A DNA stretch of 64,000 nt from a virus, in the IMG/VR virus record IMGVR_UViG_3300021541_000005; one strand, 5' to 3'. Every line of letters begins with the position of its first letter. Position 1 is the first letter of the stretch. The position numbers and the translations under genes are program-made. The notes under the pieces were generated by a model. The model was not told the DNA's origin and did not search any database. It was given only the letters and a program-made list of their open reading frames with translations. Of the stretch, positions 27,540-35,198 are shown in pieces.

Positions 27540-28163
27540 ATGAGTATATATGATAAAATCGCTGATGTTCAAATGGAATTATTGGATGAGGAATTCAAAA
27601 CAAAAAGAGGATATCATGGGGAATATATGGGTTTGGAAGAGTTAACCTGTAAAATACTTCCTAAATGTTATAAACATGGTTTATTCTATTATTTCACTGC
27701 TAATGAAACTCATTTAATATTGAAAATCATTGACCGTGAAACTAAAGAAGCATTATCTCCAGCACCTCATGTCCGTTTACCAGAACTAAGCCGAGACATG
27801 AAAGTTGAAGGTGGGAATATTACTTATATGAAAAGGTATTTGTTAATGGATACTTTTCAGGTTATTGCTGAATCATTTGATCCTGATGACACAAAAGATG
27901 GTTTACCACCACAAAAGAATAATGATGCTAGCTCAGCACGTAAGAAAAACACTAAAAAAGAACCATCTGAAACAGTGAATGTGGATATTCCACAGTTATA
28001 TAAGGATGCTTTAAAAGAATTGCGTACTGTTAAAGGATTAAATGATTCTGAAATTACAGTTTCTGCTATCAGAAAACATATTTTCAAGAATGGTACGTTT
28101 AATCAAACGGAAAGAGATGAAATTGCAAGATATGTTAAAACTACTTGGAGGCTTTCAAAATGA
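27540..28163 (+). CDS. erf: ERF-family single-strand annealing recombinase
   Basis: MSIYDKIADVQ start with GAGGAGTGA RBS; Y--LEEL---ILP---KHGL and GGNITYMKRYLL-D-FQV motifs of ERF. Confidence 0.8.
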   Translation: MSIYDKIADVQMELLDEEFKTKRGYHGEYMGLEELTCKILPKCYKHGLFYYFTANETHLILKIIDRETKEALSPAPHVRLPELSRDMKVEGGNITYMKRYLLMDTFQVIAESFDPDDTKDGLPPQKNNDASSARKKNTKKEPSETVNVDIPQLYKDALKELRTVKGLNDSEITVSAIRKHIFKNGTFNQTERDEIARYVKTTWRLSK

Positions 28164-28477
28164 GTTCCTCCAATATTCATATTTTATCAGTAAGTCATTA
28201 TAGGTTTGGTTTATCTTTCCTGGTGCAAGGTGAAACAGGCGAATATACTGTGGATTGGAATATTTACAAAGGATGGATTTGTGACTGTCCGCATCATCTT
28301 TTCAGGCATGCTTACTGCAAGCATATTGCTGCATGTAAAAAGTATGTCCTGGAGCATGGTTTGTTATTGCATGATAAATTATGGTTTGATGATCCAAAAA
28401 GTGATATTGTTGTGAATGGTGAAAGTGCTACTAGTCATACTTTAGTTGAGGAGGCTGTAAAAAATGGTAGTTACTAG
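28160..28477 (+). CDS. SWIM zinc-finger protein
   Basis: WICDCPHHLFRHAYCKHI = CxC-xn-CKH; GGAGG RBS. Confidence 0.8.
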   Translation: MSSSNIHILSVSHYRFGLSFLVQGETGEYTVDWNIYKGWICDCPHHLFRHAYCKHIAACKKYVLEHGLLLHDKLWFDDPKSDIVVNGESATSHTLVEEAVKNGSY

Positions 28478-28823
28478 TGAAGATATTAAATCGGTTTATA
28501 ATCATTTCTTTAAATTCCAAGAAGCTTATAAAAATCTTTTAGGTAATGTTCTTAAAGAGTTACCTAAAACCCTTTTTTATAATATTAGGGACATTGAATA
28601 TGATGCTGCCTGTGATGGAACAATTTATATTAATTTTGAGAATTGGCAGCAAATGCCTTATGATTCATTAGATGAAGTTGTAGATATTTTCAAAGGTATT
28701 TTTGAGAATGGTCATGAAGCTATGTTTAATGATTATATTTGGTATGATATGGATCCTACTTTTAATGATGATGAATTTAGTATAGGTATTAGATTGTTAT
28801 CTTCTGTGAGGTGGGATGAATGA
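28464..28823 (+). CDS. Hypothetical protein
   Basis: Coupled ORF. Confidence 0.7.
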   Translation: MVVTSEDIKSVYNHFFKFQEAYKNLLGNVLKELPKTLFYNIRDIEYDAACDGTIYINFENWQQMPYDSLDEVVDIFKGIFENGHEAMFNDYIWYDMDPTFNDDEFSIGIRLLSSVRWDE

Positions 28824-29221
28824 GTAATAAAACTAAAGTTACTCTCACTTTGGATACTGATTTGGTGGATTTGGCTAAAATCAGTTATCCTAACTTTAGT
28901 GGTAGGATGAATGAGTTGTTGAGCATTGATTTGCATGCTGAAACGGAAGAGTCTAAGCTTATGAAGGAGATTGCGAAATTACATGATGAATTGGAGATTA
29001 AGGAAGATAAGTTATGTGATATTCGTAAGAAACGTTCTGCTTTGGAAGGTGAGGCTTCTAATATTAAGGAGGTTTTATCCTGGGCCAGGAACATTTATGA
29101 GCGTAAAGGCGTGTTGGGTTTGAATATGTTGGAGCGTGAGTGTAAAAAGAAGAAAGTTTCTTTTAGTAAGATTAAGAATATTTTGGAGCAGGAGGATGTT
29201 GCTTTTGTCAATTTTGCATAG
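28820..29221 (+). CDS. Ribbon-helix-helix DNA-binding protein with coiled coil
   Basis: KTKVTLTLDTDLVDLAK...NFSGRMNELL N-terminus followed by a heptad region. Confidence 0.7.
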   Translation: MSNKTKVTLTLDTDLVDLAKISYPNFSGRMNELLSIDLHAETEESKLMKEIAKLHDELEIKEDKLCDIRKKRSALEGEASNIKEVLSWARNIYERKGVLGLNMLERECKKKKVSFSKIKNILEQEDVAFVNFA

Positions 29222-29460
29222 TTGTATGTATAAGTATGTATTATGTGATATTGTTGCATTAAGAAACAGTGCAAGTGTTTCAAGTGTAACTCACGGGGCT
29301 CCCGTAAGTAGAGTATGTATTTATCTGTATTATACATACAAATACATACTTGACTTATTATTCGTTTTTTTAGAGAGAAAATTATTATTATTTATTATTT
29401 ATTTATTATTACTTTATCAAACAATGATAAAATATAACAATGTTAATATTTTAACCGGAA
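29222..29460. other. Candidate replication origin (ORB-like box, GTATGTAT repeats, central palindrome, AT-rich tract)
   Basis: GTTTCAAGTGTAAC at 29277-29290 (reverse GTTACACTTGAAAC); ACGGG-GCT-CCCGT at 29293-29305; three forward and two reverse GTATGTAT; AT-rich run at about 29380-29420. Confidence 0.55.
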
Positions 29461-29470
29461 GTGATTAAAA

Positions 29471-29746
29471 ATGATTTTAAACAAAAAAACAGAAAAATTA
29501 GGCAAATCCGAACCGATTTACCACATATTAACAGACGGTATGACTAAAAAATATACAGAATACCTGTTGAACATATGGGACATGAAAGGTCAAGACGATA
29601 CAATAGATCTAGCTCTCAGTAAAGAGATTCTATTTTTTGAAGATTCAATAGTCATAATCTCTAAAAAAGATTACGCTATGTTTATTAATTTAAATCATGT
29701 TTTAACTATTGACTTATGTATTAAACCAAAGACTCAGGTGTTGTAA
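29471..29746 (+). CDS. Hypothetical protein
   Basis: GTGAT RBS; first gene after the intergenic gap. Confidence 0.65.
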   Translation: MILNKKTEKLGKSEPIYHILTDGMTKKYTEYLLNIWDMKGQDDTIDLALSKEILFFEDSIVIISKKDYAMFINLNHVLTIDLCIKPKTQVL

Positions 29747-30013
29747 ATGTGTACGTTAGATGATTTCACAGAAAAAACATTCACAGACGGTGAATACACT
29801 GTCTGGGCAGAAAACATACAACAATTAAAAAAAGGAAACGTAATTTTCTTAACCACATCAGACAGGGAATATGACTGTATGTGTGGTTGTTTCATGAATG
29901 ATATTCCAAGATGTGCCCGTGTACAAGTGGAAATATTAAATGAAGAACCTGCTCAGGATGGCATTGTTTATGCATCAGCAAAGGTCCTGGAAGTTTTAGA
30001 AGTGGGGTATTAA
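29747..30013 (+). CDS. Hypothetical protein
   Basis: Abutting ORF. Confidence 0.65.
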   Translation: MCTLDDFTEKTFTDGEYTVWAENIQQLKKGNVIFLTTSDREYDCMCGCFMNDIPRCARVQVEILNEEPAQDGIVYASAKVLEVLEVGY

Positions 30014-30202
30014 ATGAAAAATAAAATTAGGTTCAAGTATATTTTTCAATGGAGATCTAATCCTTATGCTAACACGCCAATGACGGGCCATATGAATTAC
30101 TATCGTTGGTGTGAACGATTTGTGGATAGGCTACTTCCGAAACTTAAGAAAACAGATATGGTGAGGTTTAAAAAGAAGTTTCATAGAAAAGTGGGGTATT
30201 AA
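30014..30202 (+). CDS. Small basic hypothetical protein flanked by 15-bp direct repeats
   Basis: aagtggggtattaaa at 30000-30014 and 30189-30203. Confidence 0.55.
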   Translation: MKNKIRFKYIFQWRSNPYANTPMTGHMNYYRWCERFVDRLLPKLKKTDMVRFKKKFHRKVGY

Positions 30203-30204
30203 AG

Positions 30205-30324
30205 ATGGATGAAAATAATAATGGTGTGTATATTTTCCCAGATGCGGATGAATTCCTACGAGTCATGGCTGATTTGCAGGAAGAGTATAATAAAAATAAG
30301 GAGGATGATCCAGATGGAAAATGA
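30205..30324 (+). CDS. Small acidic hypothetical protein (39 aa)
   Basis: MDENNNGVYIFPDADEFLRVMADLQEEYNKNKEDDPDGK; better candidate than the tracked 30209 ORF. Confidence 0.45.
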   Translation: MDENNNGVYIFPDADEFLRVMADLQEEYNKNKEDDPDGK

Positions 30325-30414
30325 TTTTAATTGGTGTGTTCTTGGTGAGGGTTATTGCAATGAGTGTTTAGAATGTGTATTGCAATATCATGAAAATAAT
30401 GAGTGTGATGTGGA

Positions 30415-30609
30415 ATGAATGAATCTGATAAACGATTAGAAGAAATCAATAATTGGTTTGCTGAAAAAATAAGGGAAGCTGTTAGGCCCAGATGTCCTTT
30501 TTGTGGTGCAAAGCTTAGTAATTATTGGTTTTATGAACCTGTGTTTTTTAGATGTTTGCAGGAGTTTCAGATTTGTCCAGAATGTAAGAAAAAGGTGGTG
30601 AAATTATGA
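30415..30609 (+). CDS. Zinc-ribbon protein
   Basis: CPFCG...CPECK. Confidence 0.7.
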   Translation: MNESDKRLEEINNWFAEKIREAVRPRCPFCGAKLSNYWFYEPVFFRCLQEFQICPECKKKVVKL

Positions 30610-30776
30610 GTGATAAAACAGATGAATACATTGATGATTTTTTTCAAAAACAAAAGGAAGGAACAGCAACTATGGAGGATATTCCTGTTGTTAGAAAAAT
30701 GAATAATGATGAGGAGTTAACTGAAAAAGATTTAGTAAGTTATATTTTGATGTTAGGAATGGGGATTATAGAATGA
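30606..30776 (+). CDS. Small hypothetical protein (56 aa)
   Basis: ATGA overlaps at both ends; MSDKTDEYIDDFFQKQKEG... Confidence 0.6.
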   Translation: MSDKTDEYIDDFFQKQKEGTATMEDIPVVRKMNNDEELTEKDLVSYILMLGMGIIE

Positions 30777-30985
30777 ACAATGCTGAATTTAACAGACTGG
30801 AAAAAGTATTATCTGAGATTCTAAAAGAATTGCAGATACAGAACAAATTGAATGCATTATCATTACTAAATAAAATTATAAAAGATGCTCCAATAATGGT
30901 GGCAACGAATGAGAAAATGTATAATGATTTGATTAAAGGAATTGAAGAAACATTAAAAGGGTATGGGTTAAAGGAGATGAAATGA
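30773..30985 (+). CDS. Hypothetical protein
   Basis: Coupled ORF. Confidence 0.6.
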   Translation: MNNAEFNRLEKVLSEILKELQIQNKLNALSLLNKIIKDAPIMVATNEKMYNDLIKGIEETLKGYGLKEMK

Positions 30986-31228
30986 ATGACAAAGAAAATG
31001 ATTGAAAAATATGTAATACTAGATATGGCTGGAAATGTAGTTGATACTATTGAAGATATAAATGTAGAAGTAACCACTTTGCGTATTTATAATCGTGAAA
31101 CAAGTCATTCAATAGTAAAAATAGATACTGCCCTTGGTGAGTTGAATTTATTTATTGCAAAAGCTTGTATTGATGCTTGTAATGAATTTATTCCATTAGA
31201 ACCAGAAACTACTGAAGATGGTGATTAA
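30986..31228 (+). CDS. Hypothetical protein
   Basis: Coupled ORF. Confidence 0.6.
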   Translation: MTKKMIEKYVILDMAGNVVDTIEDINVEVTTLRIYNRETSHSIVKIDTALGELNLFIAKACIDACNEFIPLEPETTEDGD

Positions 31229-31469
31229 AATGTTAGAATTGTATGGGCGCTGTGGAAAAGATGTTGAAATAATTAGTTTTGATATTAAGACTATGGTTGT
31301 TATTGTGAAAGATAAAATGAATGATATCACTTACAAAGGAGTAGTAGATAGTTGTTATGTGAATGCTGATCAGCTGTATCGAAAGTTCAATGGTGATGTT
31401 GGTGATGTAGAGTATTCATTAAAAATTTCTTTGAGGGAGTATGTGGTGATAAAAAATGACGGCGATTAA
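31218..31469 (+). CDS. Hypothetical protein
   Basis: Coupled ORF. Confidence 0.6.
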   Translation: MVIKMLELYGRCGKDVEIISFDIKTMVVIVKDKMNDITYKGVVDSCYVNADQLYRKFNGDVGDVEYSLKISLREYVVIKNDGD

Positions 31470-31788
31470 ATTTAAAAAAGAATTTTTTAAACCTATTAAA
31501 AATGGAGTTAAAACTCAAACTTTAAGAAGGCGTAGATTGGATGTAGTTCCTGGTGACTTTGCAGTATGTGTTTTTGAGGATTGTCCTGAAAAAATATTCG
31601 TCACTATTACTGATGTGGGTTACAAAATGTGGAAAACACTAAATGTTGAAGATGCAAAGCTTGAAGGTTTTGGATCTTTACATGATTTGAAAATGTGTTT
31701 ATTACAAATCTATCCTAATATTCAGCCTTGGGATAGGTTTTATTTTTACCGTTTTGAAGTTGATGGTTTTACTGAAACAATGGAGTAA
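31456..31788 (+). CDS. ASCH-domain protein
   Basis: IKFKKEFFKPIKNGVKTQTLRR..GD and AKLEGF-SL--L motifs (GxKxxTxR signature). Confidence 0.85.
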   Translation: MTAIKFKKEFFKPIKNGVKTQTLRRRRLDVVPGDFAVCVFEDCPEKIFVTITDVGYKMWKTLNVEDAKLEGFGSLHDLKMCLLQIYPNIQPWDRFYFYRFEVDGFTETME

Positions 31789-31794
31789 ATTATA

Positions 31795-32046
31795 ATGTTC
31801 AAAGTCGTGAATGAATATTATATTCAAAATGAGGAGACTGGAGAGTATTTAGATTTGAAAAAGGCATGTGGGGTATTAAATGAGCAACAGATGTCTATTA
31901 ATCAAGTTAAAAAAGAGAATGAGCAGTTAAAACAAAGAGTAATGGAATTAGATGACCTAAAATGGATAAGAGAAAATACAGTATGGGAACAAATGCCAAC
32001 AAGGGCAAGAACATGTACAAAAACAAGTTTAAATGGTGATGAATGA
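31795..32046 (+). CDS. Hypothetical coiled-coil protein
   Basis: Coupled ORF. Confidence 0.6.
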   Translation: MFKVVNEYYIQNEETGEYLDLKKACGVLNEQQMSINQVKKENEQLKQRVMELDDLKWIRENTVWEQMPTRARTCTKTSLNGDE

Positions 32047-32286
32047 ATGACTAAAGAAAAGCGTTATGAGGCACATATTGGCTATAACCATGATTTTGTA
32101 AGAGATAATCGTACTGGGGTAGTACATGATATTTTTTCATGTGAAGAACTATTGAATAATTATAATGAAGAGAATAGGAAATTGAGTCGTGCATTAATGA
32201 GATTGTCTGAAAAGAATGTTCAATTGAAAAAAGAATTAGATCATCAAGAGAAATATGTGGAGCATGAAAGTTATGGGGTGTGTTGA
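32047..32286 (+). CDS. Hypothetical coiled-coil protein
   Basis: Coupled ORF; LLNNYNEEN--L resembles the previous ORF. Confidence 0.6.
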   Translation: MTKEKRYEAHIGYNHDFVRDNRTGVVHDIFSCEELLNNYNEENRKLSRALMRLSEKNVQLKKELDHQEKYVEHESYGVC

Positions 32287-32604
32287 ATGACTATAATGGA
32301 AGAGTTACTTGAACAAAACAGGAATAAAAACCTTGGAGAAAAAGCAGCAAAAGAAGCTTTAGATAAAGTATTTGGTTATACTATTACCCAGGAACAATTA
32401 AACCAACTACAACATTGTGCGGGTGAACTATTTAACATAGGAACACATTGCCAGCAAAAATGGGATAAAAGTATTTGTTCTGGAACTGCTGAAGCATGTG
32501 AAAGAGAGGGTGCATTTGAATTGTTAGATAAATTTTATAAAATGCATTACCGGTTAGTTAATGAGATTGCAGGTGATGTTAAAATTGATGGTGAGGTAGA
32601 ATGA
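32287..32604 (+). CDS. Hypothetical protein
   Basis: Coupled ORF. Confidence 0.6.
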   Translation: MTIMEELLEQNRNKNLGEKAAKEALDKVFGYTITQEQLNQLQHCAGELFNIGTHCQQKWDKSICSGTAEACEREGAFELLDKFYKMHYRLVNEIAGDVKIDGEVE

Positions 32605-32690
32605 CTCTAATTAGAATCCTTATGGTTGGCCTAGCAATACTTGTGATAATTTACATTGTTGAATATTTAATGAATATGGAGTTGCCCTAA
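32601..32690 (+). CDS. Small membrane peptide (29 aa)
   Basis: MTLIRILMVGLAILVIIYIVEYLMNMELP; GAGGT RBS and ATGA overlap. Confidence 0.45.
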   Translation: MTLIRILMVGLAILVIIYIVEYLMNMELP

Positions 32691-32692
32691 AA

Positions 32693-32974
32693 ATGTTATT
32701 TAAAAATATGAGATTTTATGATAAGCAAAGTGTATTGAATTCATGGAAAAGTAAAATACTAGAAAAAACATTAAATTTATTGGATGATGCTGGTATAAGT
32801 GTGCGGGTGACTGTTTTGAAAAGGTATATTGAATATCTACTTGAAGATACTCATTATGATCCGTACACTAATGTGTTTTATGAGCCTGTTAGTAGGTTTA
32901 AATTTAGTGCAGATATTTTTTCTACTATTGCTTTTGAGTATATTTGTGAGCATTTAGATGAGTTTAAAAAGTAA
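32693..32974 (+). CDS. Hypothetical protein
   Basis: Operon position. Confidence 0.6.
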   Translation: MLFKNMRFYDKQSVLNSWKSKILEKTLNLLDDAGISVRVTVLKRYIEYLLEDTHYDPYTNVFYEPVSRFKFSADIFSTIAFEYICEHLDEFKK

Positions 32975-32986
32975 AGGCAGGAATGA

Positions 32987-33253
32987 ATGGCAGTATGTAA
33001 AGCGTGTGGGAAAGAATTTACTAAAAAGTATAAAACTGAGAAATATTGTTGTGATGACTGTAGGGAAGTTGCTTTAAAGCAGCAATGGCGTAATGCTTCC
33101 CACAGGCATTATCACAAACATAAAAAAGAATGGGGTCCTATTAAACGTTATGGTGTAGGTACTGGTACTTTAGGTCCTCATGCTAATACTGATTTTAATT
33201 GTGAGAAAGAAACTATCAAACGTGAAATGGAACGTTTACGTTTGAAATCTTAA
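32987..33253 (+). CDS. Zinc-finger protein (CxxC...YC-xx-C)
   Basis: CKACGKEF...KYCCDDCR followed by a basic helix. Confidence 0.7.
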   Translation: MAVCKACGKEFTKKYKTEKYCCDDCREVALKQQWRNASHRHYHKHKKEWGPIKRYGVGTGTLGPHANTDFNCEKETIKREMERLRLKS

Positions 33254-33257
33254 TTTT

Positions 33258-33287
33258 TTTTATTTTTATGAGAGTGTATAATGAAGA
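33258..33287 (+). promoter_or_regulatory. Second copy of the 30-bp element at 601-630
   Basis: Identical 30-mer. Confidence 0.5.
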
Positions 33288-33293
33288 TGAAAA

Positions 33294-33452
33294 ATGTGTA
33301 ATCATGACAAATATAAAAATTTTAAATCCATGGAAATTTATTGCAGAGAATGCAAAGAACACGATGCGTTATATGATCATGTCCATGATGAAGTTTTCTG
33401 CCGTCATTGTGGGAAGGTCTTACGCATGAATTATTTCTGGTTAAATTTTTAA
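33294..33452 (+). CDS. TFIIB-type zinc-ribbon mini-protein (start 33294 or 33330); not in the ORF track
   Basis: MEIYCRECKEHDALYDHVHDEVFCRHCGKVL = CxxC-x15-CxxCG-V, like the TFB N-terminal ribbon. Confidence 0.6.
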   Translation: MCNHDKYKNFKSMEIYCRECKEHDALYDHVHDEVFCRHCGKVLRMNYFWLNF

Positions 33453-33656
33453 AAGTAAAAAAACAAAAAAACTTGACGTTTTTTTTAAGTCAAATATGTT
33501 TACACGTTAACAAGCTTTGTCGGTTATAAAAGTAGTTTAGACAGCCATAATAGAATCATAAAAAAAATTTTGCTCCCATATTGAATTAAATTAAAAAATT
33601 TCTATTTGATTGTGATTTATACACATTTTCATCTTTTTTTCATAAACTTAAGTTGT

Positions 33657-33763
33657 GGAGATGTTTAAAAAGAAGACATTTATTTTTTCAGGTCATTGTG
33701 TTACATTTTGATGTGATGTTTATAATTCTTTCATCATTGAGGGTTTGAATCCCTTCATCTCCA
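33657..33763 (+). ncRNA. tRNA-like element (acceptor stem plus T arm, atypical interior)
   Basis: GGAGATG/CATCTCC-A and GAGGG-TTTGAAT-CCCTT; possible D-like arm TAAA/TTTA; no canonical anticodon arm. Confidence 0.4.
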
Positions 33764-33804
33764 ATCCCAAAAAAGGAAAAAATGATTTTTTTAGGTGATT
33801 TAGA

Positions 33805-34146
33805 ATGAGTGATACAAATTATATTGGAAATGGAAGTTCTATTTTTAAAACGATAGGATTATTGATTGCAGGATACACTACTCCATGGTTAATAAAAATA
33901 CTATTATTGTATTGTGGTATTGATTTAACGGGACAAGCAACTGAAATAATGCAAGGTCTAGGAGTAATCATAGGAATTATTCTATCATATGTAGATATGA
34001 AGTACACAAACAACTTCTTTAAAAAAAATCAAATCACAATCGAAGACTACATAACCTATGGAATAAAACACTTTGGCCTACAACCAATATCTGTAGAAAG
34101 TGCTTGTGAAGACTGCAAATGTGGTGATAACGATGACATCACCTAA
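33805..34146 (+). CDS. Two-TM membrane protein, holin candidate
   Basis: Two hydrophobic helices; GGTGA RBS. Confidence 0.6.
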   Translation: MSDTNYIGNGSSIFKTIGLLIAGYTTPWLIKILLLYCGIDLTGQATEIMQGLGVIIGIILSYVDMKYTNNFFKKNQITIEDYITYGIKHFGLQPISVESACEDCKCGDNDDIT

Positions 34147-34477
34147 ACTCACAGAAAAAATACCATACCGAAAAACAATATGGATAAAAAACTTCGCAAA
34201 AACAGTCACAACAACAACCCTAGTCAGCAGCGGAATCGGATTAATCATAACAGGCCTAAACACACGCATGACTAATCAAGGATTCAGCGACGTAGAACTA
34301 CAACTAGGAGTACTAAGCATCATAATAGCAATAATAATCGTACTAATAATAGACCGTTGGGCAGAGCAAAAAAAGAAAGAAGAACTAGAAACAATCGATA
34401 AAACAATAAACGAAAAAGCCGAAGAAATAGCAGAAGAACTAGTGCTAAAACACTTAAACGAACTAGAAAAGGGATAA
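34133..34477 (+). CDS. Two-TM membrane protein with charged C-terminal tail, holin or antiholin candidate
   Basis: GGTGA RBS before ATG 34133; two TM segments; charged coiled-coil tail. Confidence 0.6.
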   Translation: MTSPKLTEKIPYRKTIWIKNFAKTVTTTTLVSSGIGLIITGLNTRMTNQGFSDVELQLGVLSIIIAIIIVLIIDRWAEQKKKEELETIDKTINEKAEEIAEELVLKHLNELEKG

Positions 34478-34480
34478 CTC

Positions 34481-35194
34481 ATGGCAATAACAGAATGGTC
34501 GGAAAACATACACGAACTGCAAGAAGGCGAAGTATTAAGGGAATGGTGCTATTTAGAACCTTTTATGTGGTTTAATGGAAGTTTAAGAGATTATTCTAAA
34601 TTATTAGATTATGCATTTAAAAAACAATATGCAGAAGATATGCCGAAGAGATGCAGACCCTATGAGGATTTCTTAGAAAATCATCCTATTAATTTTCATA
34701 AGGATGATATTAAGAAAAATAAGCCTCCTAGCGAAATTCAGTTGCAACACTGGTCAAATGGTTCTAATTGTAAAGCTACTATTAAACACACGTGGGCTGA
34801 ACGTAGAATTTCTTTTAGAAAAGCAGTAGCACATGAAGCTACACTAGCTGCTGCTGCGGAGTATGTTGATTTTATCCCGACCATGATTAAAGGAGTAAAA
34901 GAAGGTTTTAACAATGCTACACAAATTGCTAAAACTGAAAAAATGGAGGGGAAGTTCACATCTGCTAAGGCAGAATCAAATTCAAAAGCTAAAAGCATGG
35001 AGATAAATAGCTTCCGTACTTTAGCTGGTTTTGATGATGCTCCTAAAAAACAAGAAGTTTCTATGGATGCTAAAGTGGATGCTGAAGCTGAAGTGAAAAC
35101 TGATTTTCAAAGGGACATGGATGAATTCCAGGAAAAAATATTATCCGGAAAACTCTCTGAAAGAATAAACCAAAAATTAGCCAAAGAAGACTAG
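34481..35194 (+). CDS. Putative terminase small subunit
   Basis: Directly upstream of terL; helix-turn-helix-like segment with W--R motif. Confidence 0.55.
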   Translation: MAITEWSENIHELQEGEVLREWCYLEPFMWFNGSLRDYSKLLDYAFKKQYAEDMPKRCRPYEDFLENHPINFHKDDIKKNKPPSEIQLQHWSNGSNCKATIKHTWAERRISFRKAVAHEATLAAAAEYVDFIPTMIKGVKEGFNNATQIAKTEKMEGKFTSAKAESNSKAKSMEINSFRTLAGFDDAPKKQEVSMDAKVDAEAEVKTDFQRDMDEFQEKILSGKLSERINQKLAKED

Positions 35195-35198
35195 AGCA

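Noticed and set aside
29095-29468. ORFs 29095-29337 (-) and 29136-29468 (+)
   Set aside because: They cross the repeat-rich candidate origin and translate to low-complexity I/L/Y runs
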